Shown here piece by piece: positions 28,098 to 40,700 of a DNA stretch of 64,000 bases (its first letter is position 1; each line of letters opens with the position of its first letter). Source of the stretch: Balanoglossus misakiensis (taxonomy: Eukaryota > Animalia > Hemichordata). Location of the stretch: positions 4,996,760-5,060,759 of the forward strand of contig CM082576.2 of NCBI GenBank assembly GCA_040954595.2. The letters run 5' to 3'. The notes below the pieces were generated by a model that saw only the letters and a list, made by a program, of their open reading frames with translations, was not told the origin of the DNA and searched no databases. A program made the translations under genes and the position numbers.

Positions 28098-28262
28098 GGA
28101 GAGACACGCATATATAGATGTGAATAAAGAAAATGACGTGGTAGATATACATGTAGTGTACATCAGACAACATCGCCCGACAAGGTAGCTAAGATGTGGA
28201 GAGACACGTGTACATATCAGACAGACACGTATAGAGAATGACGTGGTACTGTGTACATATAT
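28098..28262 (+). repeat. Degenerate ~100-bp tandem duplication
   Basis: GGAGAGACACG at 28098 and 28198, and AATGACGTGGTA at 28132 and 28237. Confidence 0.6.
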
Positions 28263-31200
28263 CCTCAGTAATGGAAATACAAGTATTGCATAAATCATAC
28301 AATTGAAAATGTCACAAACAGGTCAATTTTTCTCTTTGATAATTGAGAATTGTGTCAGTGGAGAATTGGCACAAAAAACACTCAGTCCTTGTGACACTGC
28401 CAAAATGATGGCGTGTGTCAGCTAGTGCTTTAGTCGGCTTGACCGCTTGACTGCCCAGTAAATTGTGCTGGTTTATCAATTCACTTTTACTGCCTTTTAT
28501 GGTGTACTTTGGCTAGCCATAATCGAATCTAGAGCATCACCAAGACCTGGTAATAGTCATTTTATGACTTCGGGAAAGGCTGATGACTATCTCCAGTGGC
28601 CTTCCTCATGCATGGGGTATGTCATCCCCATGCTTATACTGCCAAGGGTTTTAATTTGTTTCTTCCGGAATCAGAAGGAAAATCTGTTTGGAAGGGGTCA
28701 AGTTGAAGGGGGATGTGCAAAGTCGTTGTGACTATATGAGGAATGGTAATTACTGTGACCTGGTTTTCATAATTGCGATATGGAAAATTTACGAGGGTTG
28801 TCAAGTCCCTGCTCTAATAGTCCGGCAGCACTGCTGTAATATTGGTGCAATCGGAGAGATAATTTGCGTGTGAGTGATGCGCGTTATTTGTGGCCCGGAT
28901 AGGCACCTGACTAAGTTTCAAGTGCATTTACCCAGTGACTAGAAGTGTGTGTACTTTATCTGTACACGCTGAAGTAGTTTGATCACTGGGAGAGACCGCT
29001 TGACCTATCGATGACGTCAATTGCAGCCCGGTGCATTATGGGGTAGCTCTCAAAAGCCACTGACACTAAAAATTTCAAAAACCACAGATGAGTGGATAAA
29101 AGAAAATGATATAAGTTTACATTTCATGGTCCTATATGCCATGGTTAATCACTTTTTGAAAAATGATTGGGTCGTGTGTAATTTTGTTCAGGAGATACAT
29201 TTTCTTGATGAAATTTTAGTAAAGTAATTATAGTATATTAACCAGCCTTGTCAGTTCAGCTGTGAAAATGTATACTCTACTCTAAGCCAGCAAACTAGTC
29301 AATGAAAATGTATGTGCAGATCGTTTCATCTGAACAAAATACCCTACTTCTCTCGTGCACCAATTATGGCTTCCAGTAAAATTCATTCTTGATAAAAAAA
29401 AATGTCTGTGAAAGGATAATATGATTTGAGGGTAACCTGATTATGAATTTGTTCAACCCTAGAAATTGGCCTTGTAAACAACACTTTTTTAAGTACAGTC
29501 TCTGCTATCATTCAATTAGGTTGCTAAAATAAACTCCGGCTTGACATATATCTTTACCAGTTTGCATAAGTATTGTGGGTGTCATTGATAAACTGACTGT
29601 TGGTTTTTCCTTCACAAGGACAATAGTGGGTTCCGCATCAGGTTTCAGGCAAATTATATTATCCAGTACAGAGATCATTTGAAAGGATAGGGTGGTATCT
29701 ATAGCACAGTTGTGAATTTGGAGAAATCTTTCCTGGGCTGCAGAAAGGAGAGTTTTGAGTGTCTGCTTGTTCATTCACTATCTGATGTGCCTGCATGATC
29801 TTCATCATATGGAAACAATCGATACCGTTCTGGTTTACTGGCTGAGGCATTTAGACATGATCTTGGTAACAATGCACGGGTAGCATTAACCATTCTAGTT
29901 TCAGCATTAAAAAAACTCTACAGGGGGAGTTTTCACAGCAGACCGATTCCCAACTTAGGCCGTATTCAATGCTTAAATTCCTACGTTACGTGCAGCAACA
30001 AAAGTTGCCCAGTATTTTATTTTGTGTGTTCATCAGGACACTAATATTTTGAACAGTTGGCTGGTTCCTTTGTGTTTGACCGGACCAGTGTTTTCAGATT
30101 GAATGCACGTTCCCTGTATGTTTCGTTTAGTAACCCACATGCATTCTCTTCTATTATGCGTGCCACCCAGGGCTTTCCATTTGGCCTTTTGACGTACTGG
30201 GGCAAAATAATTAAAAACTAAGCTTTCACTTCAGTGGGTACGCCACTTCCATCAATTTCTTTTTAATAGACTAGTCTTTTTCCCCCGTCATAGTTCATGA
30301 GCCATTAGCAAAACATGATGCTAAAAGTTCAGTTGGTTACGTGAGAACCAGTCGGTTAAAGTTTGAGTTTCATTAGTGGAGTTACAGTCGCTATCTTTCC
30401 CTCACCGAAGTTGCAGCAGCATAGGTTACTGATATGATACAAGCTCAACCCAGGTGCCTTGTTCTTTCAATGGCTGTTTTTAAATGAGTTTTTTTTCCTA
30501 TTAATTTCACAGATTTATTGTATTTGATTATCGAAAGAGGCAGTGATAGTGTGTTAATCCTCAGCTGTCGTGTCGTGAAAGGTCTTGAAAAAAAAATTAT
30601 TCTTAACACTGTTTCTCTCTGCTCAGAATCTAAAATAGAGATTACATATGCAAAGTGGTTCCAACACTAATACCAGGGTTACCAAGTTATCAAAATTGTA
30701 GAAAATAATTTTTGAAATCCATTATTCCATTATTTCAAAATGCACGTGCTTATAAAGTGATTATAGTAATAGGATCAGCTGTTGCCATGGTGATGAGTTG
30801 ATCCCAGTGGCTAGAGTATTGGTGTCTGACAAGGCTCTAGGTTTTCATTTATTGTTAGATATTATGGATTCTGACAGTTGTACTTTGTGTAAAGAGGTTT
30901 CTGGATTATTGTAGCTATTATACCAATCTTCACCTAATAAATAAGATTTCACAACCAGTCTCCCCACGGACCCATAATTATATACTTTCCAGGCTTTTTG
31001 TTTTTATCTTGTACATGTACATTTCAATCTTGTCTTTGACTTTCTGCAGAAAAGCAATGCAAAACACAGGCTGTGCAGTTACAGGAATTATTCTATTTGA
31101 AAAGTGAAAATTAAGTCGGTGCATGACTGTATGTGTCAAATGCTGTGAAACGTGTACTTTATCTGGAAACTCAAGCAATAACTTGTACTATTGCAATGAG

Positions 31201-32454
31201 ATGTTTAACAGGCACCTTCCCACTTTCATCAGAAATGTGGAATCATGGGATATATAGGTTAAATTTACTACGTGTCTTGTACCAGTAGCATGAATGTGCA
31301 GAAAGCATCGCCCATGAGTGACTTCTGGTTTGTCAGCTTTGCTGTATTTCTTGTGTAAAATCAATAGAAGGAAGGCAATTATGCACAATTCCCTTTGTTG
31401 ACATGCTGCCTAGTCGCTGAGGAGGAATTTTCAGTTACCTAGGCATTCGCCCGTGTTAGTCATAACTCATGTTTGCATGCAGTGTTAGAGGAGATCTCAG
31501 ATGCCTGGATTTGCCTGCCAGCCTTATTAGGCCTAGGCTTCATCATCTGCCTGATGTGTGCATGTGTGTGGCGATCCTGCCAAATTAAAACTAATTCCGG
31601 GCTTTGTAAAAAAAACAGTGCTTTGAATGGACAGAGTAATCATGTGGACAGTGGTAGATCGCTTTTGAAAATTAAGCTTTGCATTGATGGAAGTGCTCAC
31701 ACATCTGATATTCAGCCTGTGCTTATTATTGTTTAATTTATGCATAGAAATGCATAAAAATATCTTGATTGATTACAGTGGGTGTTCAGTGTTTTGAATC
31801 CTCTGAAACAGCAGGACTTTTCAAATTTAGAGGGAGAGTCATGTTTCTCTCTGACAGGCAAAATAATATCTTAACGCTCAAATTTTCTCTCTCTCTCATT
31901 TTTATCAGTTTAGTTACTCTCTTGATGAGTGCATGCTGTGTGTTTGCGTTCCCAGAATAATTTTGTTCCCTTGAAACAAAAAGCAATCAATCATTTTCTT
32001 TTTGAGAGGCAAACCATGAACACTGCTCGCAGACAATCAATAGAATTATATTGATGACCGAAATATTGTACATAAAACTTGTAAGTACAGATGCAGCTGT
32101 GGAGGTACTCATCGTACCCTGCCACGTTTTGCCTTCTACTAGATTTTAGGCTCATTTTTTGTGTGTGTGAAACTGAAGTCAAGCAACTGCACCCAGGAGG
32201 TTTAATAGTTGAGAAATCACGCAAGGTCAGAAATTCTTGTGATTGTTGCATATATATATAGTTCATGAATATCCAGGCCTATACACACCATTATAGGGGA
32301 AAATTAAGCACAGTATTTAAAAATGACGTCAATATTAAGTGCCATAGGCCATTTGTGACTTCTTTCTTTCAAATAATGTCACATGTGTTAATCTCAGAGA
32401 ATTCAATTTTTATCATAAGTACAGTTTATTAGTCAATGTCGTAGCCATCATTTT

Positions 32455-32630
32455 AGTAGTACAAAAATGTAGTAGTTATAGTTTGTCGTAGTAGTGGTAG
32501 TAATTAGTAGCAGTATGTATATTTATAGTATAGTGGTAGTGATGATGATGATCATCATCATGATGGTGGTGGTGGTGGTAGCCAGGTATATAAGTATTAG
32601 TTGCTGGTGTACTTTAGTGGTAGTACTAGT
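32455..32630. repeat. Degenerate compound triplet repeat (TAG/GAT/CAT/TGG)
   Basis: Runs of tagtag, gatgatgatg, atcatcatca and ggtggtggtggt. Confidence 0.8.
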
Positions 32631-35600
32631 ATAACCTTCTGGAGTAGGGGCATGGTTGGTATTTGTAACAAACTGAAAGGAACCCCCATATAATCACATG
32701 ACACACTGTTCCATCAGCACAGCTATAGCCTGTGAAGAATTGAGATCAAACATGAGTGGACTTGTACATGTAAAATCAGCGTGACTGCAGTGATCCTTGC
32801 AACACTCCCCTGCCCTGTAGTTCCAGTGCTTATTAGACTTGCAAATTAATTACCAGCAAAATTGAAAATAAAACCCTCACAGCCCACACAGAACCAGGGC
32901 TTGTGCCATGCTCCAATTGTTACTCATTATGCGAAGGTTACAACTTTAAAGGAAATATTTAGTTCATTTCCATCCGCACTCCAGAACAATTACTGCTTAA
33001 AATAGATTCAATTTGGCCTTTGTCATCATGACACCCCGATTTCATTACAGTGCTCAGGGAAGCCTGTTTTCAATTTATTTTCGGTAGCATCTTAATCTGA
33101 AAGATGATAGCCAGGCAGCCCGGGCTCTTTTGTGGAGGCTGTAGTAGTTTTTATAGTTGGATGGCCAAAACAGGAGAGAATTAGGTTTAATAAATAAAAG
33201 TGCATGTATAGAGCGAAATAAATAAATCAGTCAGAAAGAATAGGATCATTAGCTAGGTGCATGCTGCCATGTAAATTATATGTTAGGTGAGGACAATTAA
33301 TAGGCATAGTAAACAAATAGTAAGGTAATAAATCCAATCTATGCCCTGTCGTTGAGGTTTCCTGATGCAGTTTCTGTCCATATGCATGCAACTCCAATGG
33401 TAGCAGTTTCGACAATTCTTTTCTCCATGTACTTGTGTATTTTTAGTGGCTCAGCTCACCATATGGTGTGTGCAAGGCCGACTTGCAGAAACCATCAGGA
33501 TTTCTTCTGTATTCGTTACAGTGATAGGAGATTAAAATTATACAAATGAAAGAATTCCCAATTATATAGCTGGTATGAGTATGACTAGCTTGGTAATTAA
33601 TATTTTTTTGTCAGGCAGCGAAGTTATATTCATTTGTCCTATTTGAATATAATGGTGTACCAGCTAGATAGACAATAGGGTTAGTTAGTCTTGGAGGAGA
33701 ACAGTTTTAACACTTGAAAATGATTATTTCTGGATGTTATATTGTGAACAGACATTTCATTCAACAGTACTTTGTCTGCATGAAGTTCATCACCAAAAAT
33801 ATATATATAAAAAAACTGAGTGGGAGGTTTTGATGATAATGTTTGGTGATAATTGTTAAAAGAGTGAACTGTTATAAACAAATATTTATTAAATTTACAC
33901 ATTACGGAACGTTAGTGGAAGTTAATGGAACTTAAACATGTCTAATTAATTACAGTTACATCATTGTCACACTTCAACTGAAATTTACATGGCACTGAAA
34001 TTCGCTTTATCAACAGCAAGTATCTATCACTGAGATGTTCCTCTGTTACAAATTTATGAATTTTGAGTAGAGTAAACCCAGTTTTTCATATGTGTGCAGA
34101 TTGATGAAAAATATTCATTTGAGGTGTTTCGCTTATGCAGACATGAGTTCATCAATGTAGGTAAATATGTCTTAGTATAATAGATGAGTGTGTACATTTT
34201 TCATTCAATGGATAAAGTGAGGAGTCTTTAATATTCCACTGGGTAAACGGGAGTTCTGGATTCATGATATAAAACATAGAAAAACAAAATAAACATACAA
34301 ATAAAATATGCAAATAAAAATATTTATAGATCTGATACTAGCTAGGTAGTCTGAAATGTTGGAACTATATTTATTTAGCTTGGAAAAAAAACTGTCTGTA
34401 TTCGGCGTAAATTGAAGTTTGATGGGAATAGAAAGATCAAAATATAAAAGGAGAAATTTTCCCCTTGGGATACAAATCCCAAAGGTGATAAGGATTAAAC
34501 TGACCTAGTCAAATCAAAATGCAAATTACAAGATGTAACTTAAAATATGACGGAATGAGATCCCCATTGGCTGTAAATCAGTTTGGAATGGGTTGGAAAA
34601 TTGATCAGAAGAAATTTATACCACAGACCGCATATATATTAAGAATCCAAGTTTTGTAAAAGTTAATGTAAAATGCTCGTATCTTGTGAAGATTTTGTTG
34701 CATATTAAAAATTAATATGCCTTCCTGGAAATGTTTCGTCACATTTGGGATATACCATTGTGTTTGTTTGATCCCAGCCATCGGTACCTGTATATGTAGG
34801 CCGTACAGTTTAATTTTACATTGTCGTTTTGAGGAACAAGGTCATACCAACACTGACATATAGGGGTAGGAGGGGTCAGATAATAGCCGCAAATAGCTAC
34901 AGAGCGATCACAAAGCGTCTGTAGTTTATGCAGGTTGAACTGTGAAAGTTATATTCCACAGGGTAGCGCTATCTAATGTACCTGTCATTGCAAAGCAAAT
35001 GGTTAAAACTATATCATACATCAACTTGCAATTGAGGCGGTCAGTCGTCACATTAAAAATAGTCCCCATTATTCAAGTGGGTTGGTCTTCGCATTTCAAT
35101 TTACTTCCGTAAAGTGACTTTATTTTTCAGACATCCCACATGTCCTTTCATCCACTCTTTGTAAGGAATATTTACTGATGGTATAGTCTGGCGTACTCAA
35201 CCTAATTCCAGTCGATGCGCACTCCCCCTACCCAGAAAAAAAAATCCATCCATTACACTAATGTCAGCAAAACCTGTATGATTTGTTTATCTATCGTAAC
35301 CGTATGTACCTTAGATAAAGTGTAGAGCCAAGCAAAGATGAAAGATAAAAAAGACAAATACTGAAAGACTTGAGGTAGAGTGTGGGTTGTAAATACTGTT
35401 GAACCTGTGATCTGATGGAGATCTGGGAGTTGTCGATAACGGATATGACAGGGGATATGACTGAAGTCTTGTGTCAGAGTCCATGGACATCTTATAGAAT
35501 GAGACTATATGCATCCACATTGCACTTGGAGAATTTCATAATAGATGCATGTAGCAGCCTCTGTAAGCTTCCCAGGAATTAGCTGCAATAATTTTAGCCT

Positions 35601-37754
35601 TGGTGGGTTGGTTGGGTGGCTGGATCACGCTGATGGCCCCATCAGCACATTGTTTAAATTTACTTAGTATTTTATTTCATTTTTAGGGAGGGAGTGAATT
35701 GAAAAAAGTATGTCTTAAGAGGAAGAGGGAGTGCCATGTGAAAGTTCACAAGTTTTCTTTGTCACGTTTTCACGCTTTCAAATTCTTTATGGGAAATTTG
35801 GGAGGGGGTTTAGTGTTGAACACTTCCATTTATTGTGCACATGCTGTATACGTAATTATCCACGTACCCCTTAGTTGATCCAGATTGTCGGAGACATATA
35901 GTCACAATAAATCTTCAGCCACTCTGATCAAAGGGTTTATTTGACTCCATTTCTTGTGCACACCCCTCCACTTTTCAGGCTGATTTATTATCCTCACCAA
36001 GTGGTCCGCACAGTTTGTCATTTTAAAAAAATGACACGTGTACATATTACTCTTCCATTTACTTAACTTGCATATAAGTGTAGAATTTGAATCCACAAAC
36101 TCAAGTTGAATTTACTCATTTTATTGTACAATATTTGAAATTTGATCAAAAAATGTTTAAAAGCCAAATTGTCAAGATAAGATGCTGGCATGCAACAACA
36201 GCAAGTACCTGTGAAATGATGAATTATTAAAATTGTTCATTTGATTCTTTATCAAACAAACGACAGAGTTTCCGTCCTTTAAAGATTAGCAGCGATAGTT
36301 AGGCTTATCTGTAAACCAAGCATGATATTCAACATGTCACAATAAAAGAGAAATACTATAAAATGCTCAATAAAGATTTTCAGGCCGGTGTGAGGTTGAC
36401 GTATTTACCCAGTATTGTGAGTGTATTGTGGGGGGAAACTGGTTGTATATTGGTCGATTGCTGATCGATGGGAAGGAAGCTTGATAGTATTCAATATCCT
36501 GGTTGACACATGCCCAGTGACAAATGTAGCAACATTGGGATCACAAACAAGAGAATATCTGTCTTTCAGGCCTGAGCTAGTAAGAGCACGTCCCGAACAC
36601 AATGAAATAGTACAGTGACAGACAGTGCTAGGATGTGGTGTTAATTTCATGTGGAGATTCAATTGTCCGACGTTATTGTAGGGAAAATTCAATTATGCCT
36701 CTTTCTAATCCATGTTCGGTGAAGGGCTGTACAATCGTTTTTCTTTGCACGTAACACCATTATTATGTAGTGTAGATGCACACAATTGTATCTGTGTGAT
36801 CTTCATTATTACTGTGGAATTTATTAATTATCATACTGTATATTGGATATCATCAGGGATATTGAGGTGAAAAGACTAATTAATAGTACTGTAATAGTTC
36901 CAGTTTATCATTAGCGGCTGAAATCATAGTGATGAATTTCAATGCACAATTCAACCAGAAGGATTAATTTTAAAAAAATGAACTAGTGGTGTAATTATTA
37001 TAATTATTAATTGTGATAATGCTGCGAATGAACCTGTTCTAGAGGTAGATAACCTGTATGTTGGCGTCAACATTGCTAACGATGGTGATATATGACCAGA
37101 CTTCTAGGAATAGCAAATTCCACTCAGGAAGGATTGCAGAAGGGAAATTTACAGTTCTCTGTTTAAAGCCTCCAGCATGCACTGAAATTTTATCGTGGAA
37201 TGAAAATTATTGCGTGACTCTCTTATCTAGACTGTGTTTAACAAAAACATACATGGATTAAATTTCCCACTTATTTTATTTGTATTTTGCTTTTTTGGAG
37301 CAAGTCAGGTTAGATAATTATACATTTTCGGAAAATTGAAATGCCTTAAAATCTCTATATTTGTTCAAGGTTGGTTGGATGAAAAATATAGGTATTGTGA
37401 AAATATTTTTCAAAAATTGTAGGGTTAATTTGAATCTCATATTCAGAAATCACACAGTGACTACTCACTCTGAATTTGTTTTTAAAATTATTTTCAAGTT
37501 TATTTGAGCAAACTGTTTTTCAAGGCTAAATTTCTTTATTGGAGCAAATTGGGACAACACAACAGGAAGTCACTTTGTCACACATCAGATCTAATACACA
37601 TGGTAGCAATTGGACAGTCCAATGAAGGTGACCCAGTCATCGAATTAAATGTGCCTGTACCTAGTAAAAATAATAGTATCAGTTTATATATACATGTATA
37701 CAATAGTGGTAACAGATCATATATGCCTGCACCTGGACTTCTCTGACTGCCGGA

Positions 37755-37791
37755 CCCCCCACCCACCCCCCACCCCCACCCACCCCACCCC
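37755..37791 (-). repeat. (C3-6A)n tract, potential G-quadruplex on the minus strand
   Basis: Seven C-runs of at least 3 nt separated by single A residues. Confidence 0.75.
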
Positions 37792-40700
37792 ATACTTACC
37801 AACCATGTGTACAGTCTGTGTAAGCTTCTCTCTGTCAATATGCAGTCGACCCTGACCACCAGAAAAAGTAATTGTTGGATTTTTGTGTGTCTGATGTTGG
37901 AAGCCAGGATAAGAGGTGTGGTTAAAATAACACAGCAAGATGTCATTTCCTGCACAAAATTTTCCATAATTAGATGTCAAATCTTTGCCCGCCAGCCTGC
38001 AAAATTATATGCTCCCAGAAGATTGCAGAGCAAAATGAGACCACCAAATGAAGAGAAATGATGTCACAGGCAAAAAACCCATCTCTCTATTTTGCCTCAG
38101 GCTAGCTATAAGCTACAAACTTGTTGGCCAGTTACTTGATGTCATGACCTCAAGTTTCTGCTTGCTTTCACAGCACACAAAAAATTTTTCCTTTAGCGCT
38201 CGTCCTTCCGTTCACTGCATTTATTGCCTGCAGTCCATTTTTGTGACAATCAATTTTAATTTATCTTTTATAATTCCATTTTATTGTTTCACAGCTGTAA
38301 CTTTTTCGGCTTTGAATGTTTTTATAGGTTCGATAAGTGGCACCCATAAACTGCTTGTAAATGTATATGGGATGGTATTATGGCCCTCTTTCAATCTGAT
38401 GAATTTGCTTAAAGAGTGAGACTTTGGCGAATCTTTTGAAAGATGCTGTCCAAATCAACGGATGTGTGTGCATGCTAGCCCATTCTTGTCGTAGTTAACA
38501 CTTCTTGCCAGTAGAGTTTAATTGTTTCTACAGTTTGTTTTTAACTAAAATAATACAAATGTGTAGAGATAAATGGATGACCACCAAAAATTTTAGTATA
38601 ATCATGCAATTAAATAATACCAACCTTGAGACTCAGTCAGTCAGTGTTATTGTCAAAGAAGTGTGCCTAAATATTCTCCCTTTAATGCGCCCCAAAGAGC
38701 ATGAAGAGTTTGAAGCCATCTCAGTGGCTGGCAATAAACCGCTATCTCTCCAGACAGGAATGTCTGTTCGGAACTGGCTGGCTAGAATCATTTCCAACTT
38801 CAACCAAGTTCCCTGTCAGTTAAATGGAAGAGGATGACAGTTAATGAACTGTTCAGCGTGTGGCATACCCCAAAAGATGTCCAAGCTTAGGTCACTGTTG
38901 CCATGGAAACCCACGAGTCAGTGTGTCTTGGTTTCCAAGTTTATTTGGTCAGGAATTTTTTCTGGTTCCATTGGGGTGATAAGAATGGTACATAATAGCT
39001 TGAATGAACTTATGAGATCGCTTATCAGCAAATTTAAAGAGCTCCAAAATATAAGCCAATTAAAAGACACCATAGTGAAAAGATCTGATGTAATAACTGG
39101 CCAAAATGTAAAGATATATTTTGATAATAATAGGTTTTTACTGTAATACTTGGAATAAATAGCTCATTCAATGGTGCGGAAGTTTGCATGAAATAATTTG
39201 TGAGTTCTGTAGAAGTTGTTGACTGTGGGCCCTGGTATGCTGGTTATGTGTCATGTAATATCATAGCTGCTTTGGAAGGATTGTGTCAGATACGTATGCA
39301 TTCTTCTAAGCTGCATGGGTGTACGTGTATTTTGATTACTCCACCGTCAGTTTAGTACTTGGACAGTCTCCTCCGAGACAGTTTGCAGTCAAGCGCACAA
39401 AGTTGTCAGCTTTTAAAACGGCGGAGAACTTGCAGCTGACTTGGCGGAGATGCATAAATCAATGCATTCTGAAATACTTCAAAATCTCCAATTGCATAAG
39501 AGGTCTGCTGAATGGCTCTCCAGATGGGGCCATGGATGTGGCGTGGCGCGTTTGAAGAATCGAGAACAGCTAAATGGGAATGGACACGCCGACCATTCAT
39601 CATGTCGTTGTCATATGGCAAAGAAATCAGTGGACTGATACTGTGTAGCAAAGTAACTTTTAAGAGTTAAAATACTGCATATTTGGCAAAACTTAAATTC
39701 TTGCACAACTCTGAGGGTTCAGAGTTGTGACAACAGCAGGAACCGACTCCTGACAGCTGTCAGCATAAGGATGCACCTGACAGATATAAAGAACGAAAAA
39801 ACAAAAACTGAAAATGTTCACTCAAAGAAAAGTCTTTTAGGATAGTAAAATCTGTGCGAGTAATCAACATTTCCTTATATGGATGTTAGAGGGCACTGTT
39901 CAGTCCTTGAGGCAACAAATCTTCACGTTTTGCATTGGTCGTACGAAACTTTGAAGTTCACTGGGAACTTTAAAAGATAGGAAATGCGGTTGGTCGATCT
40001 GGATTATGTGACGTGGGAACAGGAGTCTGAGTTTAATAATAGAACACTATACGAGGACTAAGTCTTTTTGAGGGCAATTGTTATCGCGATGTCAGATAAG
40101 TTTCCGGTCAGATCGTGTCTCATTGTGGTAAACCACACAAAAGAGAATAAAAATTGACAAGCAGTTATTTTTTATTCAATAAAGAATAGGAGCATACTGG
40201 CATTGTGCGTGTGGTATATTCTAACTCTGCTAAGGCAGTCTTCCCACCACTAGACACAGCCAACAATAACAGGGGCATCGTTTACCTTTAGCCACTTAGG
40301 TCACATTGTTCTTCTTAGAAAAAGTACATAATCAGACCTGAAAAGATGCACTCCTGCAGAAAAATACAACTGCAAGTTGTCTCACCTCATTTGTCAGGCA
40401 AGGATTTTTTTTTCTAATTGGTTTTCTTTGTACATAAGCCATTGTTTTAACCATGAATGTGGTGTGAAGTTACTTTTCTTGGGTTCTCAAAGCAGGTTCT
40501 TGCGATAAACCCCAGTGTACTGTGAAAAACCTGCAATAAAAAAGAAATTTATGACGTTTTTAATTCTGTGAAAATGTCGGAGACTGCCTTGGTTATGACT
40601 TAGAAAATGTCGACAAAGAGTTTTCTCATGAAATGTTTAATGTGAATGGGTCAGTCTTAGCTTGCATGTGCACTGAAAACCTTGAGATGAATAAAAAATA

